Positions 9,784-18,965 of a DNA stretch of 59,390 nt are shown here, piece after piece. Origin of the DNA: Acidimicrobiia bacterium (GTDB lineage: Bacteria > Actinomycetota > Acidimicrobiia > Spongiisociales > JAHEDJ01). The notes beneath the pieces are model-generated. The model ran no database searches. It saw only the letters and a program-made list of their open reading frames with translations, and was not told where the DNA came from. Position numbers and translations under genes: made by a program. The stretch is from positions 1 through 59,390 of the forward strand of contig JARGFH010000022.1 in the NCBI GenBank assembly GCA_029210695.1, written 5' to 3'. Numbering within the stretch: the first letter of the stretch is position 1; each line of letters begins with the position of its first letter.

Positions 9784-10137
9784 ATGATGAGCGACGGGGT
9801 CGACGACTTCATCGAACGGGTGACCAGATTGGGTCTCGACCCCGTGGCCGATGGCCAACTGGTCATCTACAAGATCGAACCCGTCGACGGAGCCCACATC
9901 GGTGCCACGGTCCTCACGGGTGTCGCAATCGAGGAGCTCTCCAGGTGGCCGCTGGTACCTCCCCATTGGATCCACCTCCCAGCACCCGTCGAGTTCGCCC
10001 ACACCAACAGCCGGCCCTCTCCTCGTTCGGGATGGACCATGCATAGCCGTCAGATCACACGCTGGGGTCAAGACCCCGACCCCGGCGTAGGTTGGGTCGG
10101 CCACGTTCGCGGGGTCATCGGGGCAGCCACAGGATGA
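9784..10137 (+). CDS. Prokaryotic E2-like protein lacking cysteine
   Basis: WPLVPPHWIHL and GWTMHSR motifs; located between Ubl and E1. Confidence 0.65.
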   Translation: MMSDGVDDFIERVTRLGLDPVADGQLVIYKIEPVDGAHIGATVLTGVAIEELSRWPLVPPHWIHLPAPVEFAHTNSRPSPRSGWTMHSRQITRWGQDPDPGVGWVGHVRGVIGAATG

Positions 10138-11642
10138 CCCGCGCCACCTCCGTCGCCTTGACCGGAGCGACCCACGCCCGTCTATGCGAACACTTGCTCC
10201 GTGACGATGGCCAGGAGGACCTCTGCCTAGCTACCTACCGAGCCTCTTCAGGCCGCAACCGTGCGACGGCGATCCTGCGAGATGTCATCCTCCCTCAGCC
10301 CGGCGAACGAGACGTTCACGGCAACGTCACCTTCACCGGCGAGTACGTGCTGCGAGCAACCGAGATCGCAGCACGTACTCAAGGTGGCATCGTCGTGTTA
10401 CACAGCCACCCTGGCGCCACCCGATGGCAGTCGATGAGCGGCCCCGACCGCGACGCCGAAAGCTCGTACGCCAACCTGGCCCGTGAACTCACCGGACTGC
10501 CCCTCGTCGGAATGACCCTCGCCGGCCGCGACCGGACATGGTCTGCACGCCACTGGGACACCGGCGTCGGACGAGACATCGCCGCCAGCCCCGCTCACAA
10601 CGTTCGGGTCATCGGTGCCACACTCGACATCTCATGGAATGACCGTGCCGTTCCCGCTCCTCGTACCACAGGACAGCACCGGAGGACCGTCAGTTGCTGG
10701 GGCGAAGAGGTGCAGGCGGATCTGGCACGTCGAAGGGTTCTGGTCGTAGGCGTTGGGAGTGTCGGCCTCGACGTTGCCGTTCGACTCGCCGCGTCCGGGC
10801 TGACCTCGATCACCGTTATGGATTTCGACATCGTGAAGGAACACAACCTCGACCGGCTGATCGGTGCGACGCGACGCGACGTAGCGCTCCGCCGCGCCAA
10901 GACTCACGTTGTGGGGCGGGAGGCACGCCGCAACTCCACCGCCGCGAACGCCCGAATTGAGATCTCGAACCTGAGCATCTGTGAACCCGAAGGCCTCGCG
11001 GTAGCACTCGACCACGACGTCATCTTTTGCTGCGTCGACCGGCCATGGCCTCGAGCCGTCCTCAACGGCATCGCCTACAGCGACCTCATCCCTGTGGTCG
11101 ATGGCGGCGTCGCCGTTGACACCATGCCAAGCGGAACACTTCGCAACGCGACCTGGCGATCCCACGTTGTCGCCCCAGGACGGCCGTGCCTCCTCTGCAA
11201 TCGACAACTCGACGCCGCCCAGGTCGCCCTCGACATGGACGGCCTGCTCGACGATCCTGACTACATCGCTGGTCGAGCCGGCCACCCGAATCAACCAGCC
11301 GGTCAGAACGTCGCCATGGTGTCGATTAACGCTGCGGCGAGCCTCTTGGCCCAGTACATCAGTCTCAGTGTCGGTCCCGCCGGCATGGGCGACCCTGGAC
11401 CACTCCAATACCTCCTGAGCACTCACGAGTTGCTGCACCTCGATCACCCGTCGAACCCGCACTGTCCCTACGAAGCAGCTGAAGCCGAAGGCAACAAACG
11501 CACGCCCCTCGTTGGAGCCCACTCCGCCGCCGACCATCTCCGCGCCAGCCACGGTTCTGACTTGCCTCTGAAAGTCAGAGCACTTCGCCTCGTCGACGAT
11601 CGTGTCGACTCGATCGAGCGTTGGCTCGATCGCCGCGCGTGA
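10134..11642 (+). CDS. JAB peptidase-ThiF/E1 adenylyltransferase fusion
   Basis: JAB: E(QED)...HSH...S..D; ThiF: GVGSVG, D.D...NLDR, CVD, PCLLC. Confidence 0.88.
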   Translation: MTRATSVALTGATHARLCEHLLRDDGQEDLCLATYRASSGRNRATAILRDVILPQPGERDVHGNVTFTGEYVLRATEIAARTQGGIVVLHSHPGATRWQSMSGPDRDAESSYANLARELTGLPLVGMTLAGRDRTWSARHWDTGVGRDIAASPAHNVRVIGATLDISWNDRAVPAPRTTGQHRRTVSCWGEEVQADLARRRVLVVGVGSVGLDVAVRLAASGLTSITVMDFDIVKEHNLDRLIGATRRDVALRRAKTHVVGREARRNSTAANARIEISNLSICEPEGLAVALDHDVIFCCVDRPWPRAVLNGIAYSDLIPVVDGGVAVDTMPSGTLRNATWRSHVVAPGRPCLLCNRQLDAAQVALDMDGLLDDPDYIAGRAGHPNQPAGQNVAMVSINAAASLLAQYISLSVGPAGMGDPGPLQYLLSTHELLHLDHPSNPHCPYEAAEAEGNKRTPLVGAHSAADHLRASHGSDLPLKVRALRLVDDRVDSIERWLDRRA

Positions 11643-11928
11643 TCCATCGCCGGAGATGAAGGGATTGGGGGTCTTCAGACAGGGTGGCTCGCGCCCGACT
11701 GACAGGCTTGGGTGACCTTCTGCTCGCATTGCGCGAGCCCGTTCAATCTCGAGCGCCTGACGCTCAGGTCGCGTCCATCGGCGCCGACCAGCCCGATAGC
11801 GCCCACCTGCCTGATCTGTCAGGCAGCTACCACAAGACTGACGACGATCGCGAGGCCTGCCAAGATGACTGTTGCGCGTTGCATTCGAGCCAACTCCCTC
11901 GGCTCACGATCCAACGAGAAGGACGAAC

Positions 11929-12744
11929 GTGAAGCTCTGCTACGTCGATGAGACCGGCACAGATGGCAAGAGCCCGGCCGTCGTGATGGTCGGGATCATC
12001 GCCGACGCAGCTCGCATTCACAGGACTCGATCCGAGTTCCGCGCGATCTACGAGCGTTTGGAAGGCCTGCCGGATGGGACGATTCGGGAGTTGAAGTCGA
12101 CCGAGCTCTATCGGGGGAAAAGGCGCTGGGATGGGGTCGATGGACAACTCCGGCACCAGGCGATCGGCGACTTCTGCGATTGGCTCTGCGAAAGGAAACA
12201 TGACATCGCATTGGCTGCGCTGGACTACACCCGATTCGAGGGATCACCCCTCCACGATCAAGGCCTAGACCGTTGGGGCGCCGCTGCGCTTCACGTCGCC
12301 CTCCAAGTTCAGCGAGCGCACCAGGGCAAGAAGAAGAACAAGGGCAGCACTTTTCTCGTCTTTGATGAGAACAAGCAGAAGACGGACGCCCTAGCTCAGC
12401 TGCTCTACGAACCGCCAGCGTGGTCCGACACCTACTACGACCGTTCTGCGAAGAACGAGGCCCTTGACCAAATCATTGATACGGCTTTCTATGCCCAATC
12501 ACATCACGTAGGACTCGTGCAGGTCGCCGACCTTTTCGCGTTCCTGTTCAAGAGATACTCAGAGCTCTTGGACTATGGCCACGATGAAGACTTCCAGGGC
12601 GAGCGTGACAAGGTATCCGGATGGGTCAAAACCTTGAGCAGCAGACTGCTCCCGGCCGCACACCGCTGGCCGAAGAAACCGAAGAACGACCCTGCAAGAT
12701 GGTACGTCGACCTGGCTCCTGCAAGTCTCCGCGCTATCGGGTAG
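11929..12744 (+). CDS. DUF3800 domain protein (RNase H-like fold)
   Basis: YVDETG at the N-terminus, ELK, VFDE, S....LVQVADL. Confidence 0.85.
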   Translation: MKLCYVDETGTDGKSPAVVMVGIIADAARIHRTRSEFRAIYERLEGLPDGTIRELKSTELYRGKRRWDGVDGQLRHQAIGDFCDWLCERKHDIALAALDYTRFEGSPLHDQGLDRWGAAALHVALQVQRAHQGKKKNKGSTFLVFDENKQKTDALAQLLYEPPAWSDTYYDRSAKNEALDQIIDTAFYAQSHHVGLVQVADLFAFLFKRYSELLDYGHDEDFQGERDKVSGWVKTLSSRLLPAAHRWPKKPKNDPARWYVDLAPASLRAIG

Positions 12745-12765
12745 CTCGGGCCAGTTGTATTGGCA

Positions 12766-13482
12766 CTACTCCGGAGTCTCTGCAACTCCCAACGCCAACC
12801 TCGATTCCGCACGATCGAGTAGCCGCATGAGCAGGTCAGCGAGGAACACGACCTCGGAAGCCTCGATCGGGTCGGTGTAGTCGACTTGGCGATGGCTCGG
12901 CGGGTTCTTGAACGTACCAATAGCTCCAGCGAACAACTCCATAACACCAACCCGTTCCCCCGGATCCAGATTGGGGTCGCTGAGTGGACCACCATCGTTC
13001 TTGAAGGCTTCGCGCATCAACTTCACGCCGATGAGCGCCGAGTCCGCGTCGGCCAGCTCCCGGACCCGGATCTCCACCTCGCGCATGGCAGCGAAGGCTG
13101 CGAGCTCGTACTCCCCCAGAAGGAACTGTGATCGAACTTTTGTCAACAGGTGGTGCAAGTCCTCGTGGAGCCGCTCTGCTGCGTTGACACGACGGAGACC
13201 TTCTTCGAGAACGGACTGACCGAGTCGCGTGACGAATACTGCCTCGCTCCCCGACTGACCCGGAGTGCCGCGGGCAATCAACCCCTTGGCGACGAGCCAG
13301 TTGACCGCTTCCACAAGGCAACGCTGGGCTGGCACGCTGACGCCACGTTGTGCAGCACCCTTGACAAAGTTGCCCGAGTGCCACTCGCCAGTCTCCTCTA
13401 GATGCGCCAACACCACCAGACCCAACCGATCGATCGACAAGGAACACAGCTGATCGTCCGCGAGGGTCGTAAGTTCGCTCAT
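12766..13482 (-). CDS. TIGR02391 (Ymh) family protein
   Basis: A.REVEIRVR, GVKLMREAF, LFAGAIG.FKNP.SHR. Confidence 0.85.
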   Translation of the reverse strand: MSELTTLADDQLCSLSIDRLGLVVLAHLEETGEWHSGNFVKGAAQRGVSVPAQRCLVEAVNWLVAKGLIARGTPGQSGSEAVFVTRLGQSVLEEGLRRVNAAERLHEDLHHLLTKVRSQFLLGEYELAAFAAMREVEIRVRELADADSALIGVKLMREAFKNDGGPLSDPNLDPGERVGVMELFAGAIGTFKNPPSHRQVDYTDPIEASEVVFLADLLMRLLDRAESRLALGVAETPE

Positions 13483-13573
13483 CCAGCCCCAAGCTACCTG
13501 CCCCGGAAGGGTGATTGCGCGGCGATTGCCGGGCTATCCGATCAATGACCTTCATCCTGCGGTGTCACTCAGT

Positions 13574-13618
13574 TGACAGGGCTGCTGACACTCTGCTGAC
13601 AGGGTCGGCGCGGAATCT
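13574..13618 (+). promoter_or_regulatory. ICE box with -10 hexamer upstream of the transfer operon
   Basis: TGACAGGG-CTGC-TGACA-CTCTGC-TGACAGGGTC-N6-GAATCT. Confidence 0.75.
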
Positions 13619-13650
13619 AGCTCTCGTGAAGTGCACGAGAGGAGCGGCCT

Positions 13651-14400
13651 GTGGGGCCGAGACCCCCAGCGAGAGCGGCGGACACTGAACTGATTCGTCG
13701 GCTTGATGCGGAGTGGCGGATCCTGTCCCACTCGCGCTGGTTGCGAGATCGACTTGGGGCATGGGAAATCGACGATGACCGGCTGTCGTTCGATGACGGT
13801 GACCAGCTCGTCGCCGCCGCTCAGAGGCGAGATGCTCAGGGTTGGGCCGAGAGGGATGAGATCCTGGCCGCTCTTCTCGTACGAGCCACCGACGACGGAC
13901 TGGCCAAACGAGTCGCGCTCCAGGTGGTACTTCCGGGTTTGAAGAGCCTTATCAACGGAATCCGCGGCTGGGATGTCGAAGAACGAGCTGCCCGGGTCGT
14001 GGCGACGGCGTTGGACGCCATCTCCTGGTGCGCTACCGAGCCGGCAGGAACGCCACCGAGTTTTCGGATCTACGTGAACACGAGGCGCCGAGTCCTGCGC
14101 GCAGCGGTCCGTACTCGGTCGGAACCGGTGGTGTTCGTCGACGACTACAGGCACCTCGATGTTGGCGAGGAGAGCACCGACGGCCCGTCCGAAGAGCAGG
14201 AGGTTGAGCAACTCGTCGAGTGGGTTCGACAGCGGGGGCGGGTTCGGGAGGATGCGGCTCGCCTTGTAGTGATGACCCGGGTCGCCGGGGTTTCGGTCGA
14301 TGAACTGGCCGCCGCTGACAACGTCGATCCCCAGACGCTGCGACAGCGGCGACTGCGTGCCGAGTGTCGCGTTCGCCAAGCCCTGACCCTGGCTCGATGA
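13651..14400 (+). CDS. Sigma-70-like DNA-binding protein heading the transfer operon
   Basis: RVALQVVLPGL; C-terminal region-4-like HTH (TRVAGVSVDELAA...TLRQRRLRAE). Confidence 0.65.
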   Translation: MGPRPPARAADTELIRRLDAEWRILSHSRWLRDRLGAWEIDDDRLSFDDGDQLVAAAQRRDAQGWAERDEILAALLVRATDDGLAKRVALQVVLPGLKSLINGIRGWDVEERAARVVATALDAISWCATEPAGTPPSFRIYVNTRRRVLRAAVRTRSEPVVFVDDYRHLDVGEESTDGPSEEQEVEQLVEWVRQRGRVREDAARLVVMTRVAGVSVDELAAADNVDPQTLRQRRLRAECRVRQALTLAR

Positions 14401-14505
14401 CCACATCAAGACCGAGAGTGTGTCGCGTCCCGCTCCTTCGCCCGCCCCTTATGCCAGCGATAGGCCATGAAGTCCGACCCCGACCACCGACCGAATGGAG
14501 GAAAC

Positions 14506-14826
14506 ATGCAAGCTCTTTCACAGCAACCCGACCGGAAACTCGGACGAAGCGTCACCCCGCCGGACGGTGACGCCCGCGCGCTGACCGAGGTCGAGCTGGA
14601 CGGTCAGATCCGAGCCGGCTGGGGCATCTGGTGTGATCTGCTCGACGATCTCCTGAGTACTGGCGGGATGCTGCCGTCCCGTGAACTGGCCGGCCGGGTG
14701 GTGGGCTTCTTCGAGGACGGCTACTGGCGAGCCGAGGACGCCCGAGTCGAGGCGTTGCGCCGTCAGATGGCTTCCCAACACATCCGACGACGCCGTGTGA
14801 CCGATCGGTCGAGAGGGATCCGATGA
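14506..14826 (+). CDS. Hypothetical protein
   Basis: RBS GGAGGA; ATGA coupling to the next gene; Arg-rich tail. Confidence 0.65.
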   Translation: MQALSQQPDRKLGRSVTPPDGDARALTEVELDGQIRAGWGIWCDLLDDLLSTGGMLPSRELAGRVVGFFEDGYWRAEDARVEALRRQMASQHIRRRRVTDRSRGIR

Positions 14827-15752
14827 CTACCCAAGGTAACGAGGTGTACACCGGAGACCGGCACTCTCGGCGAAGCTTCACCCCGGCGCTGACCATCCGA
14901 ATCCTGTATTTCGCCCTATGGCTGCTAGTGCTGTCGGGTCCGGTCGCAGCCCTCCTCGTTGCAGCGCAGGTGTCGTCACTCAGCAAGCGAATCGACGTCG
15001 TGGATGGGCGGGCTGAAGCGGAGCCGGCTCCCGACACCGCTGGAGCTGAGGGTTTCGCCGAGCTCTTCATCGCCGCCTACCTCGGTGCCGGAGAGAATTC
15101 AACCGATTCGCTCGGTCCCTTCCTGGACAACGTTTCGTTGGATGGAGTTGAGAGCGGATCGTGGTCGGCGACGAGGACGACGAGCCTCGGCGCCTCGGAG
15201 GTCTCCCCTGGCTACTACGCGGTGAGGGTGGCTGCGGAGGTTGTTGGCGCCGGAAGCGATGCCGACGGGCAGCCCGTGTGGGTTCCGGCAGGCACCCGTT
15301 TCTACTCGGTTGGTGTGGCCGAGACGCCAACTGGGTGGGCAGTCACCGGCTTACCCACATTGATTCCGGCACCCGCCCGCGTCACTGTCCCGGACCTGCT
15401 GATTGATCGCCTTGACGGACTCGATGCGACACCAGGTCTGGAGGAGATGCTGTCGCGCTTCCTGGCTGCCTTCCTAGCCGGGGATGGCGAGCTGGCCCGG
15501 TACACCTCCCCGTCCTCGCCCATCGTTCCGATCCAGCCAGCGCCATTTTTGAGTGTCGAGATCCTCGAGGCCGGGATGGCCGAAGCGTCGGGCGGCCTGT
15601 CCGAGGTGGCGGTGGTTGTTCGGGCGACTGATATCGCCGGCCGGGCCCAGATTCTCGAATACGCCCTCGTAGTCGAACAGCGGGACGGGCGGTGGGAGGT
15701 ATCTGAGCTCTTGCCGGCACCACCCCTGGCAACGCTCCAAGAAGGCAGTTGA
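14823..15752 (+). CDS. Conjugal transfer protein, TcpC/VirB8-like
   Basis: N-terminal TM, GFAELFIAAYL, second domain RFLAAFL...LARY, RDGRWEV. Confidence 0.8.
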   Translation: MTTQGNEVYTGDRHSRRSFTPALTIRILYFALWLLVLSGPVAALLVAAQVSSLSKRIDVVDGRAEAEPAPDTAGAEGFAELFIAAYLGAGENSTDSLGPFLDNVSLDGVESGSWSATRTTSLGASEVSPGYYAVRVAAEVVGAGSDADGQPVWVPAGTRFYSVGVAETPTGWAVTGLPTLIPAPARVTVPDLLIDRLDGLDATPGLEEMLSRFLAAFLAGDGELARYTSPSSPIVPIQPAPFLSVEILEAGMAEASGGLSEVAVVVRATDIAGRAQILEYALVVEQRDGRWEVSELLPAPPLATLQEGS

Positions 15753-15778
15753 ACGAATCCAGTGAGAGGAAGGAACAA

Positions 15779-16042
15779 ATGATTGAGACAGCAGAGACCG
15801 TGGTTGGGAACTTGACCAATCTGGCGATCGGGGCGGCGGTGTTGGTCGCTATCGGCATGATCTTGTGGTCGTGGCTGGTGAAGCGGACCGTGTCGGCGGT
15901 GATCGGGGTGATCATCCTGGCCGCCATTGTCCTGTTCGCTATCAACGCCACCGACTGGCTACAGAACAAGGTGGCTGAGGACGTCGGCGCCCTCGCCCCG
16001 CCCGCTCACACAGTCGTCGTGACGATCGACGGGTCGCTGTAG
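15779..16042 (+). CDS. Small two-TM conjugation protein (TcpD/pilin-like)
   Basis: Two hydrophobic helices; lies between TcpC and TcpE. Confidence 0.6.
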   Translation: MIETAETVVGNLTNLAIGAAVLVAIGMILWSWLVKRTVSAVIGVIILAAIVLFAINATDWLQNKVAEDVGALAPPAHTVVVTIDGSL

Positions 16043-16474
16043 GTGGCGGCGATGGACTTCGACGTCTATCACTCGTACACCCAGGCTCTCCGTCACCCGG
16101 TGATTATCGGCCACGTTGCCGGTTGGCGGCTCCCGTGGGCTCTTTCGGCTTCGCAGTTGGGGGCGGTCGCTGGGATGAGCGGGCTGCTGTTGGCGACCCG
16201 ACCTGTGTGGGCGCACCTCGGGGCGGTCGGGAACCTGGCCGTGTTCACGTTGTTGATTGCCGGGTCGGGGTGGGCGGTGAGGCATTGGAGGATCGAGGGT
16301 CGCTCCCCGTTCCTGGTCGCTGCCGGACTGGCCATGGTGATTCTGTCGCCTGGGTGCAGACACGGAGTCCGCAATGGGACGCCCGTCACGCTGGCACGAC
16401 CGACCCGCGGCAACCAAGTCGGCGTCGTGATGGTGCCCGCCCCGTTGGGTCTGGGGAGGCGGGCGGATGGGTAA
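16043..16474 (+). CDS. TcpE/VirB3-like protein
   Basis: YT.A.RHP.IIG...GWRLPW, TM pair, RIEGRSP; precedes VirB4. Confidence 0.7.
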   Translation: MAAMDFDVYHSYTQALRHPVIIGHVAGWRLPWALSASQLGAVAGMSGLLLATRPVWAHLGAVGNLAVFTLLIAGSGWAVRHWRIEGRSPFLVAAGLAMVILSPGCRHGVRNGTPVTLARPTRGNQVGVVMVPAPLGLGRRADG

Positions 16475-18965
16475 TCCGCTTCCGGTGCGGGGCGTCACCG
16501 GTCATCTGGTGTGGGGCGCCGATGGGGCCGTGTGGGCGTGCTTCGAGGTGGAATCGTTCCCATATCCGCATCGGTCGGTTCGTGATGCCCGGGAGGTGCG
16601 TGCTCGCACCACCGCCGCTCTCCTCGGTCTCCCGACCCATTCGCTGATCCTGTCGATCGGCCGCAACCTCTCCCGCGATGAGCTTGAACAGCGGATCCGT
16701 GGCGAAGACGCTGCGCCTGGCTGGGCGGGCACGGCGCGTCGCACGGCGAGTCGGCTGGCCTCGGAGTCGGTGTATGAGCGCCGCTGGTTTCTTGCCGTTC
16801 AACTCCCCGACACGAGCGGCAGGCGCCGCATGGTGGATCGGCTCCGGGCGGCGGCATCAGAGCTCGGCTGTGCATTTGGGATACCTCCACAGGTCGTGGG
16901 GCGTGGTCGAGTTGCAGTGGCGATTTCGCAGGCGGGTTCTCTGGCGGATCAGCTGTCACAGCATCTCCGTCTCCGGCCGCTCGACGCCGGCCAGGTGCAC
17001 TGGCTCTACCAGCGAGCGGTGCTGCGGGGCCTCCTCGACCCGCCCCTCCCGAATGACAACAGCGCGGATCATCCGTCGGTGGTCAGGTTGGATCGTGATG
17101 CCGTCTACTTCGAGGGTGGCCGCCGGACCGATCCGGATCGGCTGTCGCATTGGCGGTACCTCACCGTCGAACATCCCGACTACGGGACCGGCTATCAAGC
17201 CTTCTCCTGTCTGGCTGAAATCCCAGCGGCCTGGACGTTCCCGTATGGGTCCGGGGAGTGGCTGTGGCATCTGGACGATCAGCTCCCCTTCCCCCTCGAC
17301 TGGGCCGTCCGCATTGAGAGAATCGACAATCAGGCGGCCCGCCGCCGAGCATTGCGGGCGAAGCGGAACCTGGTCGGCCAACTCGCCGAACCGGGTGGCG
17401 ACCCGGCCGGCCCGGCCACCACCCTCACCGCCGCCACCGATGCGGTCGACGAGCATCGGGCCCGGCTCGAATCGAATCCGGCGCTCCCGGCGCTGCGGGC
17501 GACCACCATCGTCGCCGTCGCCCATCGGAACCTGTCGGAGGTGGAGCGGCGGGTGGCCGTGTTCGAATCCGGGTTCCGGGCGGCCGAGTTCAACTTCTAT
17601 CGGCCCACCGGCGCCCAGCTGGCGTGTTTCACCGCCATGCTCCCCGGAGCACCAGTCTTGCCGGTGGTACGGGAGTACGCCCAGGACCTGTTGCCCGACG
17701 GTCTCGCTTCGGCGATGCCGTTCGCCGGCTCGGGTGTCGGCGACCCCGGCGGCATGCTCCTCGGTTTCTCCCTCGACGGGCTTCTTCCCCGTCCCGTCTT
17801 CCTGGATCCTGCCCATGGCCCCCGAGATCTCAACCGGTCCGGGTCGCTTGCTGCCATCGGTGAACTCGGAGCCGGCAAGAGCTTCCTTGCCAAGACTCTC
17901 GCCTACAACACGGTGGCGATGGGCGGCCAGGTGGTCGCTATCGACCGTACCGAGCAGGGCGAATACGGTCGGCTCGCCGAGGTGATGGGGGGCACCGTCC
18001 ATGTGGTGGAGATCTCGGCCGATGCGGCCGTGGGTCTGGACCCGTTCCGGGTGTTCGACACCGACGAACTGCGACTCCGTTACGGGGTCGGGTTCATCAC
18101 CCTCCTCACCGCCACCCCACCAGGCTCGACCGCCGGCACTCATTGCTACCGGGCCGCCCAACACACCTTGGAACGGGCCGCACAGACCGGTCAACCCGCC
18201 CGACTGCGTGATGTGATCGACGACCTCGAAGCATCCGACGGACCGGGTGGTGAGGTGGCTGACAAGTTGCGGGCCCTCTCCGAGATCTCCTACGGCCGGT
18301 TGGTGTTCGGGGACCCGGGACCGGCTGTCGACCTCGACGGTGACTACGTGTGCTTCCACATCCCCGGTCTGCGCCTCCCCCGCCGCGGGGTGTCGCGGGA
18401 CGATCAGCTCCCTGAGGAACTCCTCGGCCAGGCCATCTTGTACTTGGTCGCCGCCTTCTCCCGCCGGGTACTGTTCCGAGACGTCCGCCGGTTTGCGGCT
18501 CTGCTGTTGGACGAGGCTCACGCCTTGACTGCGAGTGCTCAGGGTCACGGGCTGGTGATGGACCTGATCCGTGACGGCCGCAAGCACTTCGCCGCGGTGT
18601 GGGCGTTCAGCCAACTCGCCACCGACCTCACCGCCGAAAGCGGCACCGAGGACGTCGACACGCTGTTGGGTTACCGGGTCGTGTTCCGCCAGTCCCCCGG
18701 GACCGCTGCCGACGCTCTCCGCTTCCTCGGTTCGGACGGCCGGGACGACAACGTCGAGACGATCGCATCGCTCGGTACCGGCGAGTGTCTCATGCGGGAC
18801 CCCTCTGGGCGTCTTGGGCTGGTCCGCATCGCTGTACCCGACGACCCCGACGTTGCCAACGCCTTTTCCACGACCCCCGGCGCCAGCCGGGTGGCGGTTG
18901 GACCGTGGCCCTCCCTCAGCCACGATCACGATTCGGGGCTCGTCGCCGGCGGGACGGCACCGTGA
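16467..18965 (+). CDS. virB4: VirB4-like conjugation ATPase
   Basis: GELGAGKS, LLLDEAH, RDGRK, SQ, GECLMRD..GR.G. Confidence 0.88.
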   Translation: MGNPLPVRGVTGHLVWGADGAVWACFEVESFPYPHRSVRDAREVRARTTAALLGLPTHSLILSIGRNLSRDELEQRIRGEDAAPGWAGTARRTASRLASESVYERRWFLAVQLPDTSGRRRMVDRLRAAASELGCAFGIPPQVVGRGRVAVAISQAGSLADQLSQHLRLRPLDAGQVHWLYQRAVLRGLLDPPLPNDNSADHPSVVRLDRDAVYFEGGRRTDPDRLSHWRYLTVEHPDYGTGYQAFSCLAEIPAAWTFPYGSGEWLWHLDDQLPFPLDWAVRIERIDNQAARRRALRAKRNLVGQLAEPGGDPAGPATTLTAATDAVDEHRARLESNPALPALRATTIVAVAHRNLSEVERRVAVFESGFRAAEFNFYRPTGAQLACFTAMLPGAPVLPVVREYAQDLLPDGLASAMPFAGSGVGDPGGMLLGFSLDGLLPRPVFLDPAHGPRDLNRSGSLAAIGELGAGKSFLAKTLAYNTVAMGGQVVAIDRTEQGEYGRLAEVMGGTVHVVEISADAAVGLDPFRVFDTDELRLRYGVGFITLLTATPPGSTAGTHCYRAAQHTLERAAQTGQPARLRDVIDDLEASDGPGGEVADKLRALSEISYGRLVFGDPGPAVDLDGDYVCFHIPGLRLPRRGVSRDDQLPEELLGQAILYLVAAFSRRVLFRDVRRFAALLLDEAHALTASAQGHGLVMDLIRDGRKHFAAVWAFSQLATDLTAESGTEDVDTLLGYRVVFRQSPGTAADALRFLGSDGRDDNVETIASLGTGECLMRDPSGRLGLVRIAVPDDPDVANAFSTTPGASRVAVGPWPSLSHDHDSGLVAGGTAP

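Noticed and set aside
9529..11642. CBASS Cap2/Cap3 or ThiS/ThiF sulfur-relay interpretation
   Set aside because: No CD-NTase or thiamine/molybdopterin genes nearby, and the Ubl lacks Gly-Gly.
11678..11720. Possible sixth ICE box upstream of DUF3800
   Set aside because: GACAGGG and TGACAGG are correctly spaced, but the central TGACA and the -10 hexamer are missing.
11712..11951. Small ORF with two CxxC motifs
   Set aside because: No clear RBS, it overlaps the DUF3800 start, and it resembles no family I recognise.
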